In this document: positions 12,565 to 25,549 of the stretch, in pieces
How the letters are laid out: each line of letters starts with the position of its first letter
Position numbering within the stretch: position 1 is the first letter of the stretch
DNA from: Octopus vulgaris
Taxonomy: Eukaryota
Assembly (NCBI GenBank): GCA_951406725.2
Contig: OX597816.1
Span: 83,390,001-83,454,000, forward strand
Direction of reading: 5' to 3'
DNA: 64,000 nt
The notes under the pieces: generated by a model
What the model saw: the letters and a program-made list of their open reading frames with translations, nothing else
What the model was told of the DNA's origin: nothing
Database searches by the model: none
Made by a program: the position numbers and the translations under genes

Positions 12565-13212
12565 TCTTTTCTACTCTAGGCACAAGGTCCGACATTTTTG
12601 GGGAGGGGGGAGGGAATCGATTAGATTGACTCCAGTACGCAACTGGTACTTAATTTATTGACTCATAAAAGGATGAAATGCAAAGTCGACCTCGGGGAAT
12701 TTGAACTCAGAACGTAAAGACATACGAAATACTTATTCCTTTACTGCCGACAAGGGGCTACACACAGAGGGAACAAACAAGGGAAGACAAACGAATTAAG
12801 TCGATTATATCGACCCCAGTACGTAACTGGTACTTATTTAATCGACCCCGAAAGGATGAAAGCAAAGTCGACTTCGGCGGAATTTGAACTCAGAACGCAA
12901 AGGCAGACGAAATGCCTATTTCTTTACTACCCACAAGGGGCTAAATACAGAGAGGACAAACAAGGACAGACAAACGGATTAAGTCGATTATATCGACCCC
13001 AGTGCGTAATTGGTACTTATTTATTCGACCCCGAAAGGATGAAAGGCAAAGTCGACCTCGGCGGAATTTGAACTCAGAACATAACGGCAGACGAAATACT
13101 TATTTCTTTACTACCCACAAGGGGCTAAACACAGAGAGAGCGTAAAGACAGACGAAATACCGCTAAGCATTTCGTCCGGTGTGCTAACGTTGCTGCCAGC
13201 TCGCTGCCTTTA
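12565..13212 (-). mobile_element. SINE A multimer (three bodies plus a partial one, single head)
   Basis: ~185-bp tandem of ctcagaac...acaaggggcta...cgaccccagt; head at 13150-13212. Confidence 0.9.
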
Positions 13213-13418
13213 ATGTTTCAAATATTATGCAACATAATTCTTGATTTAGTAAAACCATCTCAGCCTTTACAGGATGTATCACAAGAAAACAAATAGCAAT
13301 TGAGACCAACACCAACTGAGAAAGGGAGATAATCTCAAGTACTAAGATTTCTCCGAAGTTCACATGCCTTTATAGAAAAGATGGGTTCCAGATAAAACAA
13401 TAATACATACATGCGAAA

Positions 13419-13902
13419 GGTGCGTGGCTTAGTGGCTAGGGTATTTGGCTTACGAACATAAATCTGTGAGTTCGATTCCCGGTTGCGCGTTGCGTCTTTG
13501 AACATGACGCTTAATTTCTCGTTGGTCCAGTCCACATAGCTGGCAAAAATGAGTTGTACTTGTAATTCAAAGGGCCAGTCTACTCACACCCTGTGTCACG
13601 CTGAATCTCTCTGAAGATTACCTTAAGGCTGTACATGTCTGTGGAGTACTCAGCCACTTGTACGTTAATTTCACGAGCAGGTTGTTCCGTTGATCAGATC
13701 AACTGGAACACTATTTCTCGTTGCCCCACTCCATTCAATAAGTGAAAATGAGTTGCACCTGTATTTCAAAGGGTCAGCCTTGTCATATTGAACCCTTCTG
13801 AGAACTATGTTAAGGGTATGCACGTCCGTGGAGTGCTCAACCAGTTTATTTCACGAGTAGGTTGTTCCGTTGATCGGAGCAGTTGGAACACTCGTCGTCG
13901 TA
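13419..13902 (+). mobile_element. SINE family D plus a partial second body
   Basis: A box tggcttagtgg and B box gttcgattccc; the body aaaatgagttg.ac.tgta.ttcaaaggg is repeated at 13745. Confidence 0.85.
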
Positions 13903-13944
13903 TTCCTTTGCTGTGAAATAGCATATGTTAATATTCAGTCCTGT

Positions 13945-14257
13945 GGAGGCGCAATGGCCCAGTGGTTAGCGCAGCAGACTCGCGGTCGGAGGATCGCGGT
14001 TTCGATTCCTAGACCAGGCTTTGTGTGTGTTTATTGAGCGAAAACACCTAAAGCTCCACGAAGATCCGGCAGGGGGTGGTGGCGACCCCTGTTGTACTCT
14101 TTCGCCCCAACTTTCTCTCACTGTTTCTTGAGTAACGCTGCGATGGACTGGCGTCCCGTCCAGCTGAGGGAAGAACACATACGCCACAGAAACCGGGAAA
14201 TCGGGCCCATGAGCCTGGCTAGGCTTGAAAAGGGCGCATAAATAAAAAAAAAAAAAA
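13945..14257 (+). mobile_element. SINE family C (tRNA-derived, V-domain-like), full length with A tail
   Basis: A box in ggaggcgcaatggcccagtgg, B box gtttcgattcc, V-like motif gcgatggactggcgtcccgtccag, then aaataaaaaa tail. Confidence 0.85.
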
Positions 14258-14914
14258 TTCACGGCTATTCTCTTCGACGGCAAAACAAACAACGTGATTG
14301 TCCTCACATGCTTTACGGTTTGTTTATCAGCTGGGGTGGAAATGCCTTTACACATCGAGCCATAAGGAACGTAACCACGTTCATATCCAAAATAAGTTCA
14401 TGTGACTGATTACCAAAGGCTCGTTCACCGACACACTACAAATACTAACACTCCGACGCGCTGTAAACATTTTCTGCTTATTTAAGATCAACAACAACAG
14501 CCCCTGATCTTCTGAACTAATTATATGTAACCTTTACTCAGATGAACTCAATATATTCATCTCGTTTCATGTCACTTTTGCTGCGTCAGTCACCTGCCAG
14601 GTCGCCCATTTTATCCTATTCTTCTTGCCCCGAATGCCACTTGTCTGAGGGTTCTTCTTTTTGTTTGTTTATGTCGGTTTACGAATGATCAAGTTGTTTA
14701 TAAGCAATCTGTATAGATTTCGCCAGGTTTGTAAAGCTTCTAAAATTCATGGATTCTGCCCCTCCTCCACACTAAATATATACACGCACGCGCGCGTGTG
14801 TGCGTGTGTATACATTCATACAAAGATTCAAACATACACACATATCTCTTAACTCAAAAAGGCTTATCGCTCTGTTTGTGACCGGCTTGAAACCTCTCAA
14901 GAACTTAAATAAAA

Positions 14915-15093
14915 CTATTTGTTTCAGTCATTTGACTGTGGCCATACTGGACCACAACCTTTTAGTAAAATAAATTGACTTCATGACTTATTCTTTGTAA
15001 GCCTAGTACTTATTCTATTGGTCTCTTTTGCTGAACTACTAAGTTACGGGGAGGTAAAAACACCAACATCAGTTGTCAAGTGATGGTGGAGGG

Positions 15094-15136
<43 letters not shown>

Positions 15137-15297
15137 CGACGCGTTTCTTTAAGTTTCCGTCCACCGAATTCACTCACAAGGCTTTGGTCGGCTCGAGGTT
15201 ATAGTAGAAGACACTTGCCCAAGGTGCCAGGGAGTGGGACTGAAACCGGAACCACGTGGTTGGTAAGCAAGCTACTTACCACACAGCCACCCCTGTG

Positions 15298-15334
<37 letters not shown>

Positions 15335-15535
15335 TCTTTTACTCTTTTACTTGTTTTAGTCATTTTGACTGCGGCCATGCTGGAGCACCACCTTTAGTCG
15401 AGCAAATCGACCCCGGGACTTATTCTTTGTAAGCCCAGTACTTATTCTATCAGTCTCTTTTGCCGAACCGCTAAGTGACGGGGACGTAAACACACCAGCA
15501 TCAGTTGTCAAGCAATGCTAGGGGGACAAACACAG

Positions 15536-15566
<31 letters not shown>

Positions 15567-15738
15567 CATATATACGACAGGCTTCTTTCAGTTTCCGTCT
15601 ACCAAATCCACTCACAAGGCATTGGTCGACCCGGGGCTATAGCAGAAGACACTTGCCCAAGATGCCACGCAGAGGGACTGAACCCGGAACCATGTGGTTG
15701 GTTAGCAAGCTACTTACCACACAGCCACTCCTGCGCCT
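14915..15738 (-). mobile_element. Two tandem full-length SINE B copies
   Basis: 14915-15300 and 15332-15738, each with tail, internal (CA)/(TA) run and tRNA head. Confidence 0.9.
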
Positions 15739-16046
15739 ATATATATATTTTTTTTTTTTTTTTTACCGGATGAATGTAAGTTCATTCTTTAATTGGCATT
15801 ATTTTCCAATATTTTTCTAATGTCTTTTCTTCATACTTTACTTTCGAATGTTCTTATATAAATTCGTATAAGTATGAAAGCTTGTATAGAAATAATCAGT
15901 ATATGACTTAATTTATTAAAGTTCAACAAATTCATTCATATTTATGTAATGGAGGAGATTAGATGTTAAAATGGATTACAGTTTTTAGTTTTTATGTTGC
16001 TATACAGATGTTTCGTACAAATGGACTCACATATTCATAAATAATA

Positions 16047-16091
<45 letters not shown>

Positions 16092-16094
<3 letters not shown>

Positions 16095-16378
16095 TAGGTT
16101 AGTCTCTGGATCATGCTAGTAGAGTGGAGAAGGTCTGTGAGGTGTTGTGCAAGACTACTGGGCTTAAAACTTTGGGTTGAGCGATCGCCAGTGAAACGAT
16201 TTTCTGGTACCCGGTCAAGTAGGAGGGTATCGTAGAGAGCACGAAAGCATAGGGTGCGAACCTGGAAAGAAGCCAATCGCGGCTGCAATAACCTCATGCA
16301 CGGACATTGCTGATATTTTTCATGGGCAGTGGTATGTGATGGTCTTCTCGGTCACGAGTGGACATCCATCATCAGCAT
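16092..16378 (-). mobile_element. Possible LINE 3' end abutting (CA)n
   Basis: Minus strand reads GCPLVTEKTITYHCP (decayed Cys/His knuckle-like), and the frame ends at the (TG)n tract. Confidence 0.3.
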
Positions 16379-17228
16379 TATATATATGTGTGTGTGTATT
16401 GTATGATTGTGTGTATGCATGTAGGTCTGTATTCGTGTGTACATTGATTTGCTTGTATAAACATTATGAATGTGCGTCTGTGAGCGTGTGTATGATAGAA
16501 AGAAGGGTAATGGGGGGTAGTATAGAGGAGCTGTATATTTGTATGTATATGTATGTTTGTATGCGTATGTATGTGTATACGTTTGTCTGTGTGTGTGTTT
16601 GTGTGTGCGTGCGATTGTGTTCGTGGAAGAAAAACTACGATTAGAAGCAACTTAGAAACAAATAAAAAGATAAACAATTTAGTGGAAGAAAGAGAATCGT
16701 GTGGAGGCGTAGGGGAATTGTATTAGCTTAAGTACAAAATAGAAGGGGATATAGAAGGAATTAAATAGAAGCTGAACAACCCTAGATGCCAGTATCTTGT
16801 GATAAATGACAAGTTTTCACGAAAATCAAAATTTACCAGACTTCCGCTTTTAAATGAATTCTAGATATGAGAAAAATGTTTTCTTTCATTGTGCTCGAAA
16901 TTCTCAAGAAAACTCACAGGAGTTTGGCACATTCCAATATTAACAGGATTATGGACAGTTGAATAAATTGCGAAAACTATACAAGAACCTGATTAAATTT
17001 CCGTCATTGTGTGTCTAGTATCTAGTTAGCTTCATACCTCACCATTATGGTTTCAAAATCTTGTAGTATTTGGGTATGCTTTTCATTTATTTCTGTGTCG
17101 ATAAAACACGCTATACCAAAGTGGAGGAAGCTTTTACACACACACACTCTCTGTCTCTCTCTCACACACACACACACTTGTACCCCCCCCCATATATATA
17201 TATATATATATACATACACACACACATA

Positions 17229-18060
17229 CAGGGTGAGGTGAATATATTGTCGTCTAAATTACACAAAAATGAAAATAACACTGACATCTCATTTTAACAG
17301 ATATATTTACCAAAATTAATAAAAATATCTCGCAATACTAACAGAGTAAATTTATTCAATACAATCGCCATTGACTTCAACCACGACCTCCAGACGACTT
17401 CGGGAACCTCCTGCAACTCTTCTGGGCGGTCTCCTTGTTTGTAGTGAATGCTGCCATAATCCTTGCCTTCAGTTGATATTTGGTGTTACAAGGTTTCTTT
17501 TTGTTCTCTTGATCAACTGCGCCCCACACATAATAATCAATGGGGTTGAAGTCTGGGGAGTTAGGTGGCCAGTTAGGGGCGATGCGGTCGCAGAAATTGT
17601 CTGACGGCCATGACTGGGTTCTCCTGCTCGTGTGGCATGGTGTAGAGTCCTGTTGCCAGACATAGGGTCTTCCAGCAGCCACTCTCTTGACCCAAAGCAA
17701 CAATATCTCCTCCATGCAATTGATGTTAAGCTTCCGTGTTGAGTGTGCGGCCATGTGGGAAGACGAATGGATGCAAAACGTCGCCATGACTAGTGATCAC
17801 TACAAACATGATGTTGACTGGATGTTTGATTTTTATCACTCTTGGTACATGTTTTGGGGACACGACAGCCAATGGTTGTTCTGTGTGTTCACCATCTATT
17901 CGTATTGGAGCTTCCGGTTCATGCCGTTTCTATATTTCTGGCAGAGTGAATTGCGTCATGATGTTATTCTCACAAAAACAAAATATGCATATTACGCATA
18001 TTAACTTTATCAAATTTATTAACTCTACGCATATATCAGGAAACTTCTGGGATACAAGTA
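17229..18060 (-). mobile_element. Tc1/mariner-superfamily transposon remnant (DD37D/maT-like)
   Basis: GRPYVWQQDSTPCHTS...WPPNSPDFNPIDYYVWG, with 36 residues between the last two Asp in this decayed copy. TA-CAGGGTG terminus at 17227. Confidence 0.85.
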
Positions 18061-18083
18061 TTGTAATATTATAACGTAAATAA

Positions 18084-18290
18084 AGGCTGCGAGCTGACAG
18101 AATCGTTAGCACGCCGGGCAAATGCTTCCCGGCATTTCGTTCGTATTCACCGTTCATCGTTCAAATTCCGCCCTCTTTGCCTTCATCCTTCGGGGTCGAT
18201 AAAATAAGTGCCAACTGAATACTGGGGTCGAGGTAGTCGACTCATCCCCTACCCGGAGGTTGTTGGCCTTGTGCTAAAATTTGGTACAAA
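18084..18290 (+). mobile_element. SINE A
   Basis: aggctgcgagctgacagaatcgttagcacgccggg...ccttcggggtcgataaaataagt. Confidence 0.85.
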
Positions 18291-18979
18291 TATTATAGCG
18301 TAAACATGTAGTGTAAACACTGAATCATCGTCACTATTTTTTAAAAATCCTGCCGCATTTCTCATGAAATCTTTCGTCTTCCCAAGTCATCTTCGTGTAT
18401 AGGCCGACCTACGTTCTTTAGTTGTAGATTTTGGTCTAAGGACTACGACCTGTATGACAGAAAACGGGTTGATTTTATTTTAAGTTATCACAGCACAATT
18501 CTTTATCAATAATTTAAGTATATTTTTTGTATTGCTTTGATCTGGCGGATGTAGTTGTACTTCTGGCCTTGGGAAATTGGTGAGATTGATGCTGTTCAGT
18601 GTACTGAATCCTATAGTATTTATTTATTTATTCAAAGCAGGCCACATCATACATAGATCATAATTGGGCGCCTAGAGCCGTGAAAACCCCAGGGTAACTA
18701 ACAGCACCAGTGTATCCATGCATTAAGATGACACTGACATAATGAACGAATGCTGAATGACCAGACCGAGCAAAATTATTCATTATTTTTCATCATTCTC
18801 TGCACATTTTCTGGTCATGTGCTAAATAATCCGATTGAAATATGGCTTCCGATACTGACCGCCATCACTTACTATTCAACACTACAGCGCTTTCTTCTTA
18901 CTGACTACAGACAAAATGATCTATTTACGTTTAGTATTCTTGGCATTTGGTTTTCTTGGCAATGATGTTTTTTCATTGT

Positions 18980-19062
<83 letters not shown>

Positions 19063-19205
19063 TATATATATACATATATACATATATATATATATAAATA
19101 TATATACATATATATATACATATATACATATATATATATAAATATATATATACATACATACTTAGATATATATACACATATATATTTATACACACACAAA
19201 CACAA

Positions 19206-19302
<97 letters not shown>

Positions 19303-19591
19303 TAACTTTCTTCTGTCGCTGTATTGAATTTTTGTGTTTTGTATTGTCTCATTGTCTGATAGCTCTTCAGGGAAGGGAGGCGGGAAGTCGTGAGTAAGGT
19401 GTAGGTTCATGGAATGGCTGAAGTAGATTCACACATGGAAAGGAGCCAGCTAGAATTCTGTATCAGTCAGATAAACAAATTAGATTAATGATTCGTTTCA
19501 AGACACATTTACATCAACTCTGCATACACATAGACATATAGGTACAAACACTCATAAACAGTTACCGATTAGACATATGGACATTATATTC

Positions 19592-19631
<40 letters not shown>

Positions 19632-19677
19632 TATTTATTTATATATATATATATCTTTATTTATTTATATATATCTG

Positions 19678-19717
<40 letters not shown>

Positions 19718-19834
19718 AATCTCTCTCTATATATAAATCAATATATATGTATGAATGTGTCTGTACATGTGTGTATATATATGAGTGTGTAGTGTATATA
19801 CTTTTTTGTATATATACATATATAGATGTATGTA

Positions 19835-19884
<50 letters not shown>

Positions 19885-19897
<13 letters not shown>

Positions 19898-19955
19898 GTA
19901 TGCATGTATATATGTATGTATGTATGCATGTATGTATGTATGTATGTAGGTATGC

Positions 19956-19988
<33 letters not shown>

Positions 19989-20123
19989 TGTATGTATTTA
20001 TGTATGTATGTATTCATGTATGTATGTATGTATGTATGTATGTATGTATGTATGTATGTATGTATGTATGTATGTATGTATGTATGTATGTATGTATGTA
20101 TGTATGTATGTATGTATGTATGT
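19885..20123. repeat. (TATG)n microsatellite
   Basis: Direct observation. Confidence 0.95.
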
Positions 20124-20139
20124 ACGGTAAGAAGAAAAT

Positions 20140-20400
20140 GGAGGGGATCTAGTGGTAGTATGCATCAACTGCGTGCTCGAGACCTTAGTCTCCAAAATGG
20201 TCCAAACAGAAAAATCCAACGGATTGAGATCGGGACATCTAGAGGGCCATACATCCTTGCTTTGAATGACGGAATGTTTATCTTAATCCAGCGTTATGTT
20301 TATTTGGAGCTGTGGGATGGTACCAAGTCCTGTTGGTGGTTCCAAGTTGAACCTTGAAAGTGCTTATTCGCCCATAGAAGCTGTTCAACTTCTAATTGCT
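20140..20400 (-). pseudogene. Tc1/mariner-type transposase catalytic fragment
   Basis: My translation gives WNHQQDLVPSHSSK...DVWPSRCPDLNPLDFSVWTILETKV, with stops and a frameshift. Confidence 0.8.
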
Positions 20401-20579
20401 AGCTACAATTCTTCCTGGCAAGTTAGGCCCGCCAAAATTGAGGTGCACCTTATATGCCCGAGCGCCTCTTATGTCCGTGCCCCCTGTATACCCGTACCCC
20501 TTATATGCTCGAAAATGCAGTGTATAGACATGTGTGGATATACTTACACTCAGTTTATGAGTGTGCATTATTTTCTATG

Positions 20580-20740
20580 TATCTCGCTTCGTTTTGAGTT
20601 CAAATTCCGCCAAGGTTGATTTTTGCCTTTCATCCTTTAGGGGTCGATAAAATAAGTACCAGTTGAAAACTGGGCTCGATGTAATCGGCTCATCCCCTCC
20701 CCTAAAATCGCTGCCCTTGTGGAAAAATCTGAAACCATTA
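20580..20740 (+). mobile_element. SINE A (5' truncated)
   Basis: gagttcaaattccgcc...gcctttcatcctttaggggtcgataaaataagtacc. Confidence 0.8.
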
Positions 20741-20949
20741 TTTTCTCTATGTATTTGTCAAAATGATGCATGCATATATGTTTTTGTATGTGTATCATTA
20801 TTTCAGAAAACTCAAATGGAATATCTATAGAAAAAAATATTTTAGAAATCTGCAATGTCTAGTTAATCGATCAGATTTAGAGGATGCGAGGCAGTTTGGT
20901 TTGCTATCTCTTTCCATCGTTCTCAGAATACCTCTAGTATTTCAAATGC

Positions 20950-21200
20950 TTTATGGAAATCTGTTGTTTATATAGTTCACTGCGTTTACAGTAGTACATA
21001 CACATGAGAATCTTTAACATCTGGGAGTTACTTAGTACACAATAAATGTACTCCTTCTGACAATGTAAGAGGTGACATTCACAGCCGCTGGACATTTGAC
21101 CTCTACAGTAGAGCACCACTTTCTTACGTGCCCCAGTGAACAATAACAAATATATTTTTATTGGATGTTCCACCAGTATTCCTTTGTTTTAAAGGTGTGA
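20950..21200 (-). pseudogene. Decayed RLE-endonuclease fragment of an R4/Dong-like LINE
   Basis: KEYWWNI...KWCSTVEVKCPAAVNV resembles KRCTVVEISCRAGVNV in the adjacent LINE. Confidence 0.5.
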
Positions 21201-21300
21201 ATACATATTGATTCTTGAGTGCCTTTGACGACAGTTCTACTTACAGAAAGCACTGTACGTGTGTATGCATGTATGTATGCACGTATATTTGTATGTATGT

Positions 21301-22660
21301 TATTATTCAACTTTATCTCAAGATTTCCTGCCAATATAGAAAGAGTCAGTTTCTAATCTAGATCACAGGCTCCTTCACTGGAATTTCAACCTCAAAAGGG
21401 CATTTTTGTATGAATGTATACGTGCAAATTTGTATGTTTTGTTTTATGTGTCTTCTCATGCATATACTTGCATATCTAGACAAGCTTATATATACTTAAA
21501 TTATAAACTTTCAGAAAGTTTTACAGATTGTTACAGTTCAAGTGATGGCTTGGATCTGTAGTCATCGAAACAGCTTTCTCCTTTCTGGTTTTGGGAAGCC
21601 TAATTTTTCAAGCAGTGTGTTACATATCCCAGTGTCCCAATAATTATAAGTATAAACTGGAACTTGTAATCTTGATAGAGCAAGTGCAGGTTTCTCAATA
21701 GTTTATTATAGGTATTTTGTTTTCCATTGACCTTCTGCTTTACGTTAACACCTGCTCGGCAGCTGATTTCCACAACTGTACACCGTTTCCCTTCTCTGTT
21801 GCAAATCATTATATCAGGTCTATTGTGTTAACATTTTATTAAGGTTATCACTGGGACATTTCACCAAGTAATCCTTTTTATTATTAGTGGCTATGGTTTC
21901 TACGATACTGCTGCTTCTTATTTCTTTGTCCTGGAGTTTATCCTTCCGACGAATTTCATTATGTAGTGTCCTAGCTACGACATGTCTCATTGGTAGATAA
22001 TGCCGTGAGGACATTTTCGAACAACTGCTTATGATGTGGATGATATCTTCGGTGTTATCTTCACAAAGTCTGCATAGGTTGTCACATTTTACTGCTTTTC
22101 CTGCATCTCTATCCCTTTTGTGCATCAGATATTTGGTTGATATTTTCTGTTTCTGGATTGCAAACGCATACTCATCAAATTGGCAGGTAGTAATCCGGTT
22201 ATTGGTCCATGATAAACTGCTTTGAAGATCAATGCTGCTATCACCTCAGAGCTTTCTACGAACATATCCATGAATGGTTTTCTACTCATATATGTTCATC
22301 TTTTCATCTAATGATAGGTTGCGGTAGAGTCATGCAACTCCTTTGGGCGTGTATTTAAGGTTATCAGACGAGGAATGCTGCTCAAGGAGCTGCCTTCCAA
22401 GTCTTAAGATTTTTATCAGCCTTATTCATGTATGCAAAATTGGTTAAGGGATGCACCACGACACTTGGTGGTTAAAAGATATTGCCGAAGGGATATGATA
22501 CGACATTCAAACGCATTTCGGATCGATGTTAAGGCTCTGCCGCCCTGTTTTCGGTTTAGATAGAGGCGGTCTACGTCACTGTTTATGTGAAAATTATGTG
22601 TGCTTGTTAGTATTTTCCTGGTTTTCACATCAATGGCTCGCCTCTCATCAAGCATCCACA
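21301..22660 (-). mobile_element. 5'-truncated R4/Dong-like non-LTR retrotransposon (restriction-like endonuclease)
   Basis: DVKTRKILT...SDVDRLY..RKQGGRAL; CRLCEDNTEDIIHIISSC zinc knuckle; RH motif; PD..ICNREGKRCTVVEISC RLE. Frameshifted, with both ends in (TATG)n. Confidence 0.85.
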
Positions 22661-22880
22661 TGTATGTATGTATGTATGTATGTATGTATACACACACACA
22701 CACACATATATATAACATAAGGGACTAAAGCCATCTGAATATGGCTAGGGACAGGGCAGGGTGGTGGGGGTGTTACTGTTGCATTTAGCCCCAGTCGAAC
22801 ATCGACGTCGCCAGATAGGCTTGACACCATCACGGTGTCCTTTAACCTGCAAAGGGAGATAATTCCCCGATGAAGCGGAA

Positions 22881-22932
22881 ACCACACACGGACCATGGTT
22901 TCAAGGTGTATTGCCTATCATCAACGTGTGGT
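22881..22932 (-). ncRNA. Type I hammerhead ribozyme (U3 variant), GUC site
   Basis: accacacg-TTGATGA-taggcaatacacctt-GAAA-ccatgg-TC-cgtgtgtggt. Confidence 0.8.
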
Positions 22933-23149
22933 AGGCCCCCGCTTCCTCGACGAAATCTCACTCTGCAGGATATTCATATATAGATTTTCAAGCAAAATAC
23001 ATTTGCTGATTTCGAAAATCTGTCTATATCTCATTTAGAGAATTATTATTGCTGTCGAACAGATTTTCGAAATCAGCAAATGTATTTTGCTTGAAAATCT
23101 ATATATGAATATCCTGCAGAGTGAGATTTCGTCGAGGAAGCGGGGGCCT

Positions 23150-23201
23150 ACCACACGTTGATGATAGGCAATACACCTTGAAACCATGGTTCGTGTGTGG
23201 T
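23150..23201 (+). ncRNA. Type I hammerhead ribozyme (U3 variant), GUU site
   Basis: accacacg-TTGATGA-taggcaatacacctt-GAAA-ccatgg-TT-cgtgtgtggt. Confidence 0.75.
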
Positions 23202-23404
23202 TTCCGCTTCATCGGGGAATTATCTCCCTTTGCAGGTTAAAGGACACCGTGATGGTGTCAAGCCTATCTGGCGACGTCGATGTTCGCCTGGGGCTAAATG
23301 CAACAGTAACACCCCCACCACCCTGCCCTGTCCCTAGCCATATTCAGATGGCTTTAGTCCCTTATGTTATGGAGCAGTTACTGTCTATATCTCATTTAGA
23401 GAAT

Positions 23405-23452
<48 letters not shown>

Positions 23453-24350
23453 ATATATATATATATATATCTGCCATTAAGATACTTCGTCTACATTGCA
23501 ATTCTTTGTTACTCATGCCGATATAAATACAGTGAGCCAATGTCTGACCGGTTCCAAACCTGTTACCACAACCCTTTTGTATACCAGTTGCCGTATGAGA
23601 TAAATAAATAAATAAATAAATAATATTATCCTGTCAAGAATCGAACCTGGGATATATTTTCTCAGACTCACTCTAACTACGACCTTAGTCTCCGCCACCA
23701 CCACTTACATACTTCGAGCAATCAGAACACAACATATATAATCTAGTTATAACTTGTTAGTTTCTTTCGACAACGAAAGAGAGAAAGTGTGAAGTTGTGG
23801 CGTGTATACATTGCAAAAGAACATTAACGATATACGTAGATTGAAATGGTTTCCGCCAGGAATCGTTCCACAATAAATACCAAGAGATTACATCCTGTTA
23901 TACGGTGCATACTACACCTAATAATAATTTTATATTGGTGGACATGAGCTATAAAGAATCCGCTGAAAATCCTGTCAAAACAGCTGCTACAGTCTTTTGT
24001 GTTTTCAATGTAACATAATTACGCGTGCGTTCTACCCACATTGGCGGGCATACACACGCACTCACGGACTTATTATGTCTCACAGACGCATAAGCTGAAA
24101 GACTCTCGCAGACACTTAGGCGAACACCAAACAACGCAAGCATGTTGTGTACGTAGATAATCACTTGCAGGCATGCACATATACCGATTCTTAGCAGCCC
24201 ACTGCTCAAACTAATGCATATACACACACACGTAAACGCACACTCGCATTCATAAACAGGAGCACGTGTGCACACACACACACACGCCTATAGGTACGAT
24301 TCATAAATACTATATATATATTATTATATATATATATATGCATGTGCATG

Positions 24351-24399
<49 letters not shown>

Positions 24400-24467
24400 A
24401 TATATATATACAACGAGTGAGAGAGGGAGAGAATAAGGGATATATGTGTATAATATATGTGCGTGTT

Positions 24468-24506
<39 letters not shown>

Positions 24507-25179
24507 ATATATGTATATGTATATTATGTGTGTATAAGTATGTATGTATGTATGTATGTATGTATGTATGTATGTATGTATGTGTATATATATACGCATA
24601 TACAAATACACGCATATCGGTTCCGCATTATATATACGCATATACAAACACATGCATACATATAAATATAAGGTAAACAATTTCTGATACATTGAATTTT
24701 AACCTCGTCGTGCAAAGTAGTTTCACCACAGGTTTTATCACTCCGTGAACAAAGCAGTCTTCTACTTGTTTCTAGTTTTGTTACAACTTCAGCAAGGAAA
24801 AGAATACTTATCTTCTGTGCGCAGAGAGTTTAGTACTTCATAGGTATTTATAGTGAATGTAAATTAGGATTCAAACAAACCAGTCGGTATAATGTACATA
24901 ACGTTACATGACGTGAAAAGGTTGTTTATTTCATGTAGTTTTGTTATTAGTAACAGAAGCAGTTTTTAGTTCTATATTGTTTGCTGTATGATTTTATTAA
25001 GTTGGATATACTGTCATCGTCATTATCAAGCTTGTCGGGCATTTTAACCCGTGCTCGGCATGCATGTCGGTTCCGCATTAGCTGAGAAAGGTCTTCATTT
25101 GTAGATCATCTTTGTAAGATGATCTACAAACGTCGTGTTCAAACGACCTGCTCGTGTACGGCTCTGCTTTGGCATCCAT

Positions 25180-25500
25180 GGCAGTAGGTCAAAAATTTAT
25201 AATTCACTCCTATTCAACAGGATACAACTAGAAATTGAGAAAGTTTTGAGAAGAAATCAAAATGGCTTCAGAAAATATAGATTAACTCTCGGACAAATAC
25301 TTACTGTTTGTTGTCTACTGGAAGGGGTAAGGACCGGACATCTTCAAGCAGTATTACTGCTTGTTGATTTCTCAAAAGCATTTGATTCCATCTACCATAA
25401 TAAAATGGGAGAAATACTACTGGCCTATGGTGCCTTTGAGGAAACAGTAGCACCAACTATTATGCTTATAACAACACTAAGTCAATAGTAAGGTCCCCCA
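25180..25500 (+). pseudogene. Non-LTR reverse transcriptase fragment (RTE-type)
   Basis: SKIYNSLLFNRI...RRNQNGFRKYR...QI...LLLVDFSKAFDSI. Confidence 0.85.
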
Positions 25501-25549
25501 AGTTTCTTTGACAAATAAGCTGGAGTGCTCGGGGAGGTCACACTGAGGA

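Larger units (their letters stand above)
22712..23410. mobile_element. Head-to-head inverted HHR element with a 361-nt terminally redundant unit (retrozyme/PLE-like)
   Basis: 22712-23023 is the near-perfect reverse complement of 23059-23370. A 30-nt direct repeat lies at 23020-23049 and 23381-23410. (TA)n on both sides. Confidence 0.9.

Noticed and set aside
12565-13212. CRISPR-like regularly spaced repeats
   Set aside because: Whole units repeat without unique spacers; this is a eukaryotic SINE multimer.
13945-14020. tRNA gene
   Set aside because: The tRNA-like head continues into a SINE body and A tail.
19300-19380. Minus-strand CTGAAGAgct...agcGACA next to a TA tract
   Set aside because: GAAA is mutated and stems I and III are absent.
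22712-23410. Interpretation as a MITE/foldback DNA transposon or assembly artefact
   Set aside because: Asymmetric arms, terminal redundancy, HHR polarity, arm substitutions and older diverged analogues fit retro-insertion better, though long reads are still needed.
22648-23611. Duplicated ORF MVRVWFPLHRG... on both strands
   Set aside because: It is a by-product of the inverted repeat; the ATG lies in the HHR stem III palindrome and there is no protein motif.
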